Of a stretch of DNA of 64,000 bases, positions 48,601 to 60,255 are shown piece by piece. Positions within the stretch are counted from its first letter, which is position 1, and each line of letters starts with the position of its first letter. The DNA comes from Lama guanicoe (lineage: Eukaryota). Location of the stretch: contig MU053376.1 of the NCBI GenBank assembly GCA_013239625.1, forward strand, positions 1,450,833 to 1,514,832, written 5' to 3'. The notes beneath the pieces were generated by a model, which did no database searches, was not told where the DNA came from, and saw only the letters and a program-made list of their open reading frames with translations. The translations under genes and the position numbers were made by a program.

Positions 48601-51600
48601 CCTTCTAATTGTAAAGTACTAGTGAGCTTTATAAGTGCTGAAACTTCAAATCCTATGGTTTTTCTCCTTTGGTCTTTTAATATGATCAATCAGGGACAGA
48701 CTAAGTTTTGTTCCTGGGACAAATCCTACTTGATCATCTGTATTTTAAACACATACTGGATTCAGTTAGCTAATACTCTGTTTGGCATTTTTGCGTCTAC
48801 AGGTATATGTAAGATGAGACCATTAATTTTCTTCTGGTATCCTTTAGGTGGCTTTGGAATCTATTGGGGGAAATGCTTCTGAATTATGAAATGTATGCAC
48901 TTAAAGCAACGCCACTTACTTAACATTTATGTTTCTTCCCACAAAAGCCTCATACTACTTCATTGCTTTTTCCTCTACATTCAGGTGTATCTTACTTTAA
49001 TTCTGTCAGTCTCCTGTTCCTTCCAAAAAATTGTCCTCGTCTCCATCCACACACCCCTCAACCTCACTTTAAAGTTGGTCTTCCTCACAAAGGTCCTACT
49101 ATGAAACGTAACTCCTTTCAAAGATGGCAAAGTGTGCTACCACCATGAGAAACAGTAATAACCCTGTGGCAGTGTGTCTCATGGGAAAGATCACACTGGC
49201 TTTGGGATGGCCACAACTTCTATCTAAATTCCTACTTCATCTCTTAATGGTTAGGTTAATGGAGACAGTTATTTAATTTATCCAAGCCTCAGCCATCTCA
49301 TATAGGAAATAGGGATGATATATACCTTGTTTGAAGAGTTGTCTCAAGATTTTGGAAAATGTGTAAAGTACCTGGCAGAACTACTGGCACAAAATGAGTT
49401 GTTCGGTAACGATAGCTCTATTGAGTTTCAGGTGATGTTGAGAAAGGGACTGCTGCTGCTAAAGGTCCACAGTCTCTGATCTACAATTTAGAAATTCAAA
49501 AAGCTCTGAAAACCAATTTTTTTTCATAATTTATATAGTGGTAAGGATGACAGGTAAACAATGAAGGCTTTTTAGGAATTTTTTTTTAGTGTGAAAACTC
49601 CTAAGTTTTACTACAGAGATACTAGTATGTTTGACTATAGGAGCACTAACCCAGACTCACTGGTAATGGTACATCACACATACAGTATAGGCATCCTGTT
49701 ATTCTTTTTAAATTTTTGAAAAATTTTGAACTTCCAAACACATATAGCCCCCAACGGTTTCAAACTAGGGACTTTGGACCTGTAATACATTCTATGTGGA
49801 ATCAAATATAATAAATGTAAATCTAGTAGACAGGAAAATAGGTAAGACTCATACAATCTAAATCCAGCTTTTACCATTATTTCTACACCATAGTTCCTTT
49901 GACTCCTTTGAATTAAAACTTATCTCTGAAAAACAACTTTGAATTAAAACTTATCTCTGAAAATTATTTTGAAGATTGAGTTACAAAACTTGCAATTTAA
50001 AGCATTTTGGTTATATTTTCCCTTCAAATATTTTTTACAGAAAGCTAAAAAAAAGTGTATACAGAATGCACTTGCCACTAAAGACATTACTAAGTGAAAC
50101 AGCATTTGACCATCTTCATGCCAAACACTAGGAAGGAAAAGAATGGCACCACAGAAAGAATACCAGTATTGTATTCAGAAAACCTGGGTTCAAATCTTGA
50201 CTCTGCTTAATAGTTCTGTGACCTTGAGTAACATATTCTTTAAGCTTATTTTGTCACCTGTCATATGGGAATTTAAAAAAATCCTCTATTACAGGGTTGT
50301 AATAAAGATAAAACACGATAAAGTGAAATCCTTTACTATAGTACCTGACTCTCCATTTATTCTTAGTAAATGTTTGTTTCAGCAAGTTACTCTAAAAACT
50401 GAACTTTTACACTGTCTGACTCTAATTTTCAGATTAAATACATGTATGTTGGGAAATGTTGACTACTTTAGAGTTGTTATAAAATTAACTCCATTAATCA
50501 GGCTTTGCAAATTATGTGAGGTACCTTTCAAGGTAAAGCCTACAGAAGGGTTTATGTCTTCTTAGAGGAAAGTGACATGTAAGTAGTAATCAATGTGCAG
50601 ATCCAAGGTTAATAAAAATCACCCTTTCTCTCTTTCACAGACACAACCTGACCAGAGACTAAGGAGAGATACAAGGAACCAGACTGACCGAAAACCACAT
50701 TTACTATAGTATACTGATTTTTAAGTGTCTTCCTGTGTAAACTTGGTTATCAAAAACTCCAAGCTATCTCGAACTTTCAGGTTTCCAAGTTTCCTCCTTT
50801 AATGAAGACTTTTTGAAACTAATTTTTTGGTAAGAGAGGATATCAATTTTTAGAATCCAGACACATGCCGAACAAAATTCTTTTTGAAAGAAAGCAATCT
50901 GGAATCTCGGGAAAGCTATATTCTCAACGTAATTATAAACATGGCTGAAAAAATTCTATTATCAACCAGTAAGAGCCTACGCTTTCACATATACACTTTC
51001 ATGTAAGAAGTTCCTTGCAATCTCAGGCACTAAACAGAAGACAAGATATCAAGTACACTTACGTTACAAAGAAAGGAGTAAACAGATTGATCTAAGTGAC
51101 TTGGACCATTTTCAGGAGAGGAGGAGGATCTATGGAGAATATACCAAGCTGAATTCCAAAAAAACCTAGTTTCTAGTCTGGGCAAGTCAGTAAGTAAATC
51201 TCTGTGCTTTCTTTCTCACCTTTTACAAGTAATGGCATTTTCCTCCCTATCTCAAGAGGTAACATGAAAGCACTCTGAAAAGTTAGAAATGCCATATGCT
51301 ACAGTAACATCAATACTTATCTGGCAGAAGGTAAATCGATTATTACGTGGAAAGGGGGAAGGCGAGGATAAGCAGGACTGGGAATTAAGAAATCTAGGTT
51401 ATAGGCCCAATCTTGGAACCTACTAGGGTGTGATGCAAGGTACTGCACTTGTCCAGGTCCCCACATTAAGTCACTTGTAAAATGAATTTGCCTAAGTTTT
51501 TTTCTGGCTCTAACACTATAATTTTATGCTATAAATTTGAATCCAAGTCCTAAAATATTTGAGCTGTCATTTATACATGAGGCAGATACTGTAAAACGTG

Positions 51601-54243
51601 AAGGTAGCCAATACTGTATGAACAAAACCACTTCGGTATGTGTTGCGCAATGTTTATAGAAAACCCTGCTGTAGCTATCAGTTCATCATTCCCTTCATTT
51701 GGAAATTGGTGTCAAGCAGCCATTTAGTACATTTCTAAATTTTCTTTACATGCTTAATATTAAAATAAAAATGAATACTAGTTACAGTAAAAATGAAAAC
51801 CAGAAAACCCTCAAAATTTTATACAGGCCTAAGGGCAGAAACATCCCAAAAGAAGGTGAGTGGACACTTACTCTCCAACACGTGCTTTTTTTTTTTTTTT
51901 GGTTTGTTTTTATACAAGGTTGATCATCCTGATATTGGATCAATATCTATCTTTTTTTGTTAAATTCCTTCAAGCACACAGATTCTTAAATTACACCTGG
52001 AAACAAAAGCACTTCCCTAAGACAGAACTTTTTTATTGCAAAATTTAACAAACCACCAAACTCAAGTTTAATTATTTCTGCTTTATTATTGGTCAAGAGT
52101 ATGTTAAAGACTTTAAAAAAAAATTACAAAGAGACTTCATCACTAAAATATATAATCAGAAACCAAGTTGCTTTGAAATTAATAATTTGAAAGCGACCCA
52201 AAAAGCTCACAATATATTAACTTCATTCTTCAAGTAGGGGCAAATAAACAGAGTTAAAATTACTTTTAACATACTGATTAAGAAAAAAGTTGTGCACAAA
52301 TCCCAATGCCTTCAAAAAGCGAATAGAATGCGCTTAGTGTATTTATCCCCACCTGGTGATATTAAAAAACCCAAGCTTTCAAGTAAAAAAAGTTTTGTTC
52401 GTGTTCCAACATCTATATCTGGGAACACAAACTCAGGTGTGTAAGAAAGTTACAATAATAAAATCAAAAGTTATCAAAACCTAGTAAACTGCAGTTAAAA
52501 GGTAGAGAAAAATAATAGTCCAATTTCACCACACAGTAATTTACTCCCAGAAGACAGAAGATCCAATCCAGATGAAACAAATCTTTATTATGATAGTCTA
52601 TTCGTCCTGATCCTAAAGAAAATACTCTACATAAACTGATGGAATACAGTGGTCAATTATGCCCCCAAAAAAGAATGCATACTATCATCTGAAATATTAA
52701 GACTCCGTGCCATAAAGTCGGCAAAACTCTTCGGTGGCGATGGTGAGTTATTGGCGATGCGGGTTGAAATTAGGAGGCAGAAAAGCAGTCAGGTAGTTAG
52801 TTAGCACTCTCCTGCCCACCCCGAGCGTAGGAGTGTGCAGTCCCATACCACCACCAGTTGGAGACGGATGATCTAGTCAGGAGACAGAACGGTGTGGAAC
52901 AAAAACCCTCTCCTGGGTTCCAAACCTCCCTTTAGAGGTCTAGGTCAAAATACTTCAGTTTCTCACAAAACTTGGAATGAAGAAGGGGAAGCAACAACTG
53001 TTAAAACATTAAAAAAAACTAAACCTTTACCTATTTATCTAGAAAACACTACGCAAAGTAGCCAATTCCTTACATTGAAAGCGTCAAGACATTACATTAA
53101 AAATCACATTTATTTGCAACAGCTCTCCTCAAGGCCTTAAAAGATTGGAGTAAGCCACACCCCTCCATAAATGGCACATTCCATACAATAGCCAGGACGG
53201 CAAAGGGCGATTCCACCGTCCGCTGGGGAACAACAAACTTGTTGAAATTCTCAGAATGAAGTCTAACGGTTAACCGAAACTAGCCCCTTTATTATTAGAG
53301 TTATTCGGGGGTAAAGAGAGGGTTACAAAAACATCCAAGCCGTGTACGCCGGGTGGGAGTAGAGAGAAGTAGCGGGAACGAGAACCACACGGGATTTGGG
53401 TCGTGCTGTTAACCCGCACCTCCCTGAGTAGGGACATTTCCCCGAGGAAGGACATTTCTAGTCGCAAGGAAAGTGCGAACTCAGGGCGGGGGTGGGGGAG
53501 GTGGGGAAGGGTTAACCAGCTCGAAACTCCGACTTAGGGGATAGGCAGCAGTCATTTTCCAGGGCCTACTCCCGAACTCTCACTTTTGCCGGAGGGGGAA
53601 AGAACGGGTCCCGCCCACGCCCGGCCCGATTCGGGAGGCGGGGCCCGGCAGCGACCCTGGAGGACGGAGGCGGAGCCCGGAGGCAGTGCTGCCCCTCCCC
53701 CTTTCCATGGAACACCCCCGTCCGCTAGAGAAAAGAGGGCAGAGTCCCCGCCACCCCCACGCAAGCAGAAGAGGGAAGAGGCAACACGGCGTCTCCGCCC
53801 CTCCTCAATTAGGGTGGGGGCCGAGCCGAGTCCGCCGGTCCCCGCGGCGGGCTCCAAGGGGCCGGCCCGGAGGAGGTGGGGCCTGGGTGGGGGCGCTGAC
53901 TTCACACCCCTCCCCCTCCGGCTGCTGGCGGTTCAGGAACACCCCGCCCGCTCCAGTGCGGCGAGTGGGGGAGGCAGCAGAGCAGCCCAGAGCCCTGCAG
54001 CGGCGCGCGGCGGGGAGGAGCGCGCGCAAGGGCGCGCGGCCGCCACCCCCCGCGCAGCCCCGCGCGCCAGCAAGGCCCCCCACGCTCAAGGGCGCGCGCG
54101 GGCCCCGAAAGGGAGGAGGCCGCGCGTGGCACGGGAGAGGGCCGACTCTAGGCTTCTGTCCCCCACTCCCTCACCGCTCACCCCAACCCGCTCCAACCCT
54201 TTCCAGGCCTCGGACTCCGCACTGACCTGACAGGCCGAGACAT
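30425..54243 (-). CDS. NUCKS1: NUCKS1 (nuclear casein kinase and CDK substrate 1), spliced CDS: join(54227-54243, 40893-40942, 39164-39269, 36359-36414, 32635-32787, 31557-31706, 30425-30624), 243 aa
   Basis: Exon lengths 17+50+106+56+153+150+200 = 732 nt give an open frame [43 protein letters not shown]...[25 protein letters not shown]...SGED*. Every intron is GT-AG. The protein is recognisable as NUCKS1. Confidence 0.98.
31557..31706 (-). CDS. NUCKS1: NUCKS1 exon 6 (150 nt; [50 protein letters not shown])
   Basis: tctcag|AAGATTCC...GCCACAG|gtgagc; overlaps ORF-track 31474..31677(-). Confidence 0.97.
32155..32306 (-). mobile_element. Vic-1-like SINE in NUCKS1 intron 5 (sense to gene)
   Basis: A and B boxes on the minus strand; TSD tgaaac(g/a)tctaaatt at 32140-32154 and 32307-32321. 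Confidence 0.88.
32635..32787 (-). CDS. NUCKS1: NUCKS1 exon 5 (153 nt; [51 protein letters not shown])
   Basis: ttgcag|AGGACAG...CAGGAGA|gtacgt; overlaps ORF-track 32516..32752(-). Confidence 0.97.
33541..33945 (+). mobile_element. LINE-1 ORF2 C-terminal fragment
   Basis: gggaaatgcaaatcaaaa...gttggtaaggatg...gtaaactggtgcagccattatggaaaac...cccagcaattccactcctggg, typical of the L1 ORF2 3' region. Confidence 0.9.
34030..34325 (+). mobile_element. LINE-1 ORF2 internal fragment (just after the RT domain)
   Basis: Translates [44 protein letters not shown]...[15 protein letters not shown]. Confidence 0.92.
34326..35815 (-). mobile_element. LINE-1 5'UTR plus degenerate ORF1 (sense to NUCKS1)
   Basis: ORF1p-like peptides [12 protein letters not shown]...[28 protein letters not shown]...[12 protein letters not shown] and [17 protein letters not shown]1-like 5' end (GAGCTCACCTCTCC) near 35780-35815. 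Confidence 0.9.
36036..36220. mobile_element. MER5-like relic
   Basis: tggttttcaatcttgactatgcatcagaa...cccactgaatcagaa...ccaggactgagaatcact. Confidence 0.6.
36359..36414 (-). CDS. NUCKS1: NUCKS1 exon 4 (56 nt; [19 protein letters not shown])
   Basis: ccttatag-type acceptor (ttatag|TGAGGAC)...CAGCAG|gtacaa. Confidence 0.97.
39164..39269 (-). CDS. NUCKS1: NUCKS1 exon 3 (106 nt; [35 protein letters not shown])
   Basis: tttag|ATGAAG...GATAG|gtaaga. Confidence 0.97.
40893..40942 (-). CDS. NUCKS1: NUCKS1 exon 2 (50 nt; [16 protein letters not shown])
   Basis: ttctacag|AAATAGG...GATGCTG|gtaagt. Confidence 0.97.
42160..42410 (+). mobile_element. L1MA/MB 3' end
   Basis: ttccacgtttatgagttacctagagtagtcaaattcagagaca...gctactgaactgtacattttaaaatgattaagatggtaaattttatg. 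Confidence 0.85.
43147..43288 (+). mobile_element. Vic-1-like SINE in NUCKS1 intron 1 (antisense to gene)
   Basis: A and B boxes; TSD aagtttaataaaa at 43127-43139 and 43289-43301. Confidence 0.88.
46227..46432 (+). mobile_element. 5'-truncated artiodactyl-type L1 3' end with A tail
   Basis: cagggaactagactcagtatcttg...gaaattgacacaacattgtaaactgac...aattaaaaaaaaa; perfect 12-bp TSD aaccctcttcca at 46215-46226 and 46433-46444. Confidence 0.88.
49463..49782. mobile_element. TcMar-Tigger MITE (MER46C-like)
   Basis: Terminal inverted repeats aggtccacagtctct ... agggactttggacctg followed by TA; internal aaattcaaaaagctctgaaaacc. Confidence 0.7.
49906..49963. repeat. 27-bp perfect tandem duplication (period 31)
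   Basis: ctttgaattaaaacttatctctgaaaa at 49906-49932 and 49937-49963. Confidence 0.95.
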
Positions 54244-54700
54244 GTTCGCTGTCGAAACAGGACCGAAAAAAAGGACCCCCCCCACCCCGCGCGCTCGGCG
54301 CCCCACCCCCCCCAACTTCGGCCGATGGGGCTGCTGCCGCCCAACCCCGAGCTGCTGGCTTCTCAAACTCCGCCGCTCCTTGGTTCAGGGCCCCTTAATC
54401 AGACGAGCCCCCCGCTCCCCCGTCTCTTCAAAATGGATGAATCAAACCAGCCGAAAATGCGCCAAAGCCGCCCTACACCCAAACCCGCTAGGGCCTGTGG
54501 GCTCCGCCCCAACACGACCGGTCATTGGCGGCTTCTGCCAGATGCGCCGAGCTCATTAGTCCGTTTGAATCATCACGTCTCCCAGGCTCCGCCCCACTCA
54601 CTGATAGGCCCCGCCTCCTCCGTGAGGTCCTGTTAGTCAAGATGCTCTGAGAGCGCACGGCCGCAAAACAAAAATGGTCGCTGCTCGGCCCGCCCCCTGG
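53330..54700 (-). promoter_or_regulatory. NUCKS1: NUCKS1 CpG-island promoter, 5'UTR and start of intron 1 (TSS probably ~54430-54490)
   Basis: Dense CpG and high GC; GC boxes (ggctccgccc ~54500 and ~54584); CCAAT on the minus strand (~54523-54527); TCACGT at ~54572; YY1-like AAAATGG at ~54430 and ~54671; no TATA box. Confidence 0.9.
54227..54243 (-). CDS. NUCKS1: NUCKS1 coding exon 1 (MSRPV-R)
   Basis: ATGTCTCGGCCTGTCAG|gtcagt; Kozak context GCGAACATGT; lies inside the CpG island. Confidence 0.96.
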
Positions 54701-55139
54701 TTTCCACTCCAGAGTTGCAGATTCGTCTTGTGTTGCATCTTAGGATGACTAGGAAAAACGCTTTATGAAGGGTTCAGTGTCGTTTAGGGTTAGTTTAATG
54801 ATGTATCATTTCGCCTGCCTTGATCATCTGGAAACTCTACGAATAGCAAAACCTGTGGGATAGGCAGCTGATTCGTCAGTAATGGGCTGCTTCTCAATTG
54901 GAGGGAAATTCCATAGGTTCAAAATTTTTGACCTTAAACCCACAACCCCTTTCTCTTGGCTTCATCATTAGTCCTCAAAAGCCCAACCGCTGCTGGTGCA
55001 GAGAGCCAGGATTATAATTAAGGAATAACTTCACCACCAATTTCCATTCTCCATTCCGGACCTTGAGATCATTCCAGGGTTGTTATAGTCCCAAGTCACA
55101 GTCATTACTTTATGGGCCTGATGATTAGGAGCACGAGCT

Positions 55140-55360
55140 CTGGGCTAGAAAGTGTTTTGGTCTGAACCTCAGGTCTACCACTTAATCACTTAATAGTTGT
55201 CTAACTTTACCTCTCTGTGCCTCAGTTTTCTCATGTGTAGAATGGAAAACGACAGTTCTTAACTCATAGGATTATTAGGATTAAATGAGTTGATTATTAT
55301 GGAAAGGCTTTGGGACAGTCTCTGGCATACAGTAAATGCCATGTAAGTATTTGTTAAATT
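55140..55360 (+). mobile_element. MIR
   Basis: ctctctgtgcctcagttttctcatgtgtagaatgg...ggattaaatgag...acagtctctggcatacagtaaatgc. Confidence 0.8.
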
Positions 55361-55764
55361 CAATCCCTGATCCCTGGAGAGGGGATGGGTGGGGCTGGCC
55401 CTAGACTCCCGTCAAATAACTGAGGGTAACTTAGATCATTCCATTTAAATGAATGAACATTTGTTGGATGCATAAAACTCTCAGAGGCAGAGCTCAGAAT
55501 CCCTATAGTAAAGGCCAAGGTTTACCCCACCTTTGTAAAATAGACTTCAGTCCCTGCCGCAGGGAGCCTGTTAATAACCAACTGAAGATACACTCCATAA
55601 AGAAACCAACCAACCAACCCACCACTATCACCTCCTGAAAGGCTCTTGTAAAATCTGGCTTCCCTACTGGAAGAGAGTAGCACAGTCTGCCAGTAAAGCG
55701 TTAGTTTTATTTCCTCTTCCATGTCACTCCATCCTTTCTCCCTGATGTTGTTGTTGGTAATAAA

Positions 55765-56455
55765 AAAAAAATGCATAATGTAAAATTCACCATTTTAACC
55801 GTTTTTAAGTGTGTAGTTCAGTGGCATTAAGTACGTTCACATCACCACCATCCATCTCTGGAAATTTTTCTTCCTCCCCAACGGTACTCTACTCATTAAA
55901 CACTAATTCCCCATTCCCTCTCCCTAGCCTCTGCTACCAACCATTCTACTTTCTGTTTTCATGAATTTGACTACTCTAGGAACCTTTTAACTGGAATCAT
56001 ACTGTGTTTGTCCTTTTGTGATTGGCCTATTTCACTTAGCATAATGTCCTCCAGGTTCAACCATGTGGTAGCAGGTATCAACATTTTCTACCTTTCAAAG
56101 GCCGAATACTATTTTATTGTATGTATGTATCACATTTTGTTTACCCATTCAACTGCCAGTGCACACTTGGATTGCTTCCATATTTTGGCTTTTGTGAATA
56201 ACTGCTCCTATGAACGGGGGGTGTACAAGTATCTCTTCAAGCCTGTTTTCAGTTCTCTAGGGTATGTACTCAGAAGTGGAATTGCTAGATCATATAGTAA
56301 TTCTATTTTAAATCTTTTGAAGAATCTCCATACTATTTTCCACAGCAGGTGCACCATTTAACATTCCTACCAACAGTGCAAAGGGGTTCCAGTTTCTCCA
56401 CATCTTGCCAACACTTATTTTGTTTTTTTGATAGTAGTCATCCTAATGGGTATCC
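55765..56455 (-). mobile_element. L1MA/MB 3' region
   Basis: aaaattcaccattttaacc...tcagtggcattaagtac...ggaattgctagatcatatagtaattctatt...acattcctaccaacagtgca. Confidence 0.88.
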
Positions 56456-56847
56456 AAGTATGTTTTGACTAAATGTACTGTCATCCATATTATTGTCAAA
56501 ATGCCAGTGCAGAGACTGGTGTAGTGAGTAGTGATCACCAGTGACTTTATTGGAGGCTGTTTTATTAGGTCAGGTTGCTATTATTTTAGCAAGTACCATT
56601 ATTTGTTATTGTGAGACGAGATAGAGGAATCCTTGTTACTCATTTATTAAGTAATGAAAGGAACTGGCCAGAGTCTACATGTCCAGACAGGTGGAAAGTT
56701 CAGAGCAGATCTTCCAGACCTTGGCACTATAGTTTACTTCAAGGCCAGTATTCAGATGGCCACTGCATGAAGGCTTTTCCTCTTCCAAGGTGAGGGTCAT
56801 ATCCTCTCTCTCTCCTCACCTCAGCTTCAGCTAACATTTTCCCTCCA

Positions 56848-58210
56848 TTTAGGGTGATTTCTGCTACTGAAACAAAAAGGATGTATATCTTGACATCCAG
56901 TTTAAATTGAAGGGAACAAATTGTTTATGCATTTGGTATTTCAACAAACACTGTCTCTCAGGAAGGAAGTAACTTAAGACTTGAACTTCGAATTTACTTT
57001 TTAGTGGACAAGTACAAAATTATGCCGACAAGAACCCTAGCACTGTCTCCCTGGCTGTCAAGAGGACCTGGAATACAATCTCCAACTCAGTTCCCTTCAG
57101 TGCATTCCCCCCAAATCTGCCCTGGTCTCCTGTTCAACCACAACTAGTTTGTAGGAAGCTGAAGAAAGACACTGATCATACACTAAATTAGATCTGAGAA
57201 GTACCATCGGTTAACTTTGAAGGGATAATATATGTAATAAAACTGTGAGAAATTATGAAAGCAAAAAAAGCTCAAGAGATGGAAAGACAATTATTCCTTT
57301 TCCCTGGAAATGAGATTTAATGGTCTTTTAAACCCAATGCTTAATTTCCCCTATGATTTTAGTTATATTTTGAAAAGTAGACTTTTCCTTCCCCTCTGCA
57401 GATGTTAAAGATGATAAGAAGTGGTGATGCTGGGTGGCTGGGACTCATGACTCTTCCCCTAACAAAGACCCTTTTCCTTCAAGGCTATGTTATAGTAGCT
57501 GGGAGCATTGTAAAAAATTCTGAGCACTTACTCTGTGCTGGACACTCACAGTTCTCTGTCCTCATGAAAGACAGCCAACCAGATCTAAACATAGACACTG
57601 CTTCTACTGACCACAGGAACTCAGAAAGGTACTGTCCTTTTTTTTTTCCCTTCTAGGTTTATTGAGGTATAATTGACAAATAAAATTGTATGAATTTAAA
57701 GTGTACAATGTGATGATTTGATACACATATACTTAGTGAAATGACTACTGTGATCAAGGTAATTAACCCATCTATCACTTTACATAGTTAGGAAAGGCAT
57801 CTGTCTTTGAAGACCCTGCCAGGAATTTACAGACAGATTCTCTGGACTTTTTTTTTTTTAATCTTCTGCCTCCAACCTGCTGACTCTCTGACCTATCACA
57901 ACACTCAGAAGAAAGGATGGGACAGAAGAGCCATATGTCTGGTTAGTTCTTCTGCAACCCCAGAGGCCAAATAACTGGCTTGGAGATAGGTTCATGGTTA
58001 AGGAGGATGATCCCTTGCCTCAGGTCACATTGACTGGACCCAAAGTCAATTTAAATTTAATTAATTTCTCAAGTGTATATTTCTTCTGCTCCAGACTTCC
58101 ATCTTCCTCTCTACTTTTAAGAATATTAAGAGGTAAGTTTAGGGGGACTTCTGCTACTAAAACAAAAAGGATGTAAATCTTGACATCCAGTTTAAATTGA
58201 AGGGAAGAAA
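56848..58210. repeat. 73-bp dispersed direct repeat (copies at 56848-56920 and 58138-58210)
   Basis: 68/73 identical by manual alignment; offset 1290 bp. Confidence 0.95.
57638..57790 (-). mobile_element. L1MA-type 3' end
   Basis: T tract followed by ttattgaggtataattgacaaataaaattgta...aagtgtacaatgtgatgatttgatacacatatac. Confidence 0.8.
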
Positions 58211-58849
58211 AACCCAATAGACTAATACTTGTTGTTCTGCTCAACACCAGTAAAATCCATAGAAAATTTACCCTTGTAACTTTGAGGACTTATCCATCTA
58301 AACCACTAACAAATACTGTTAAGTGAACATTGCTGAAAGGGGAGGCCTCAAGCACTGAAATTGTAATCAAGAATATAGGCCCTGAGCACCATGATTTACT
58401 ACCTCGGTGACCTTCAGCAAATTTTAAACTCCTGCGCCTCTGCTTCTTCATCTGTACAATAGGAATAATTATTATTGGTCCTTACCTACTTCATAAGATT
58501 GGCAAAACAACAATAACAAAAAGGGCTCCCTTGTGAAAGCAGTTTGTACACTGTGAAGCACTGTGGGAGATAGAATGACTCATACTGTCTTCGCTGAAAG
58601 AAAAATCCCAAATCCAACAGCTGGTTTATTCCTCCAACAGAATACAACAAACCTTGAGCCCTGGGAACAGAGTTAACAAAGGCTGCCCACAGCTTACAGA
58701 TGGAGAAAAGGTGGCGATGAGAAGTGATGACAGTCATCCTTCACCACCGTGAACGTCCAAGGTGTTGTCGCTCTTTCTCCACTATCTCCTATCCGTTCCA
58801 AGGAGAACTGATCTATTCCAAGCACACCCAGTGTGGGCATGATTCCACC

Positions 58850-59370
58850 AACTACTGCCAGCCTCTCTGCCTCTCTCTGAGTTCCAGCCCAGTATCCTGA
58901 CTGCCTAACACACATTTCCACTTGGATATCCACAAGCTCAATTTATCTCTGCCAAACCAATTATCCCCCCTACTCACATTCTCCTCCTGACTCCTCTATT
59001 TCTGTCAGCGGCATCCTTAATCACCGAAGCTCAAATCCTTGGTGCTACTGACTCTGTCCTGACATCTCAGTCTTAGTGGAAACCTCTTGATTCTCTCTTC
59101 ACTGCTTGTCTCAAATTCACTTTTCACTCGCCATTTCCATTGCTAATCATTCATGCTTAAACTACTGTTTCTCCCTTCTCTTCTTTTTTTGTAATCTGTG
59201 GTAGATGTAACAGACAAAGCACAGCGTTCATGTCATTTCTATACTCAAATTTTCAATACATCCTTATAGCTCCCATAATAAAGTATGAATGCTTTATATT
59301 AGCATTTAAGCTACTACCAGAGAGATTTCTTAAGCACAAATCTAATATTACTCTGCTTAAAATCTCTCCA
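58850..59370 (+). mobile_element. L2 fragment
   Basis: actgcctaacacacatttccacttggatatcc...agctcaaatccttggtg...ttactctgcttaaaatc. Confidence 0.65.
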
Positions 59371-59374
59371 TGAA

Positions 59375-60170
59375 CTGGGGAAAACATTTGCCATATGTAT
59401 GACAAAAGGTTAATATCCTTAAAATACAAAGAGCGTTTACAAAAGCACTAAGAAAAAGACAACAAAATAAAAACAGACACAGGATACAAACAGGTGACTA
59501 ACAAAACAAATGACGAATACATTCCAATATACGCTCACCCATGACAAAAAAAAAAAAACAAACGTTTTTTTATTTTGTTTTTTTACTTCTCAGGTTGGTA
59601 AAAGTTGAATATAGTCTTGTTAAGGGGATATAGGTAAAAACTAGCCCCTGAGATCCTTTTGGTGGGAGTATATGTTGGTATCAACATTTTGGAGGAAAAT
59701 TTGGCACTATATTTAAATTTAAACTGTGTATACTCTTTGACTCACTTTTAGGAGCTCCTAAAGAAGATTTCATTTAAGTTTAAAAATATATAAAGATGTT
59801 AGTTTGTGGCATTATTTGTGAGAGAGTAAAAAGAAAGAACCCAAACATCCATTAGTAGATAACTGGTCATGTAAATCGTAATACATCTAAACAATCCTAT
59901 GCAGCAATGAAAAGGAATGAGGTAGAACTGTATGTTCTTACATGGGGAGATGGCCAAGATACATTAAAAAGAAAAAAAGCAAGTTGCGGAAAGCCTCATA
60001 TGAGCCTTTCTTCTTTTTTAAGGGGAAGTGGTGGTATAGTTGAGACTGCATATGTGGAGAAAAACCTGGAAGAATATTCAAACTCCTAATCAGGTTGTCT
60101 TCAGAAGTCAGGTTACAAAAGACTTCTATCTCCTTCTAACAAAATATCTGCATCGTTTGAATCTTAAAAA
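59375..60170 (+). mobile_element. Degenerate L1M ORF2/3' fragment
   Basis: gaactggggaaaacatttgcca...gacaaaaggttaatatcc...ggtgggagtatatgttggta...tatgcagcaatgaaaaggaatgaggtagaactgtatg. Confidence 0.7.
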
Positions 60171-60255
60171 TAATGTTTATTCTTGGCTCTACTACCAGCT
60201 AGTTGTGTGACCCCCAGACAAGTTCTTTAACCCACTATTCCTCAGTTTTCCCATC

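Noticed and set aside
53552..54636. ORFs of 100-214 aa in the NUCKS1 CpG island
   Set aside because: GC-composition artefact; only 54227-54243 on the minus strand is supported as coding.
56848..58210. Direct repeat with internal palindrome as a CRISPR-like array or LTR pair
   Set aside because: Only two copies 1.29 kb apart; no spacer periodicity, no TG...CA ends, no PBS/PPT; eukaryotic context.
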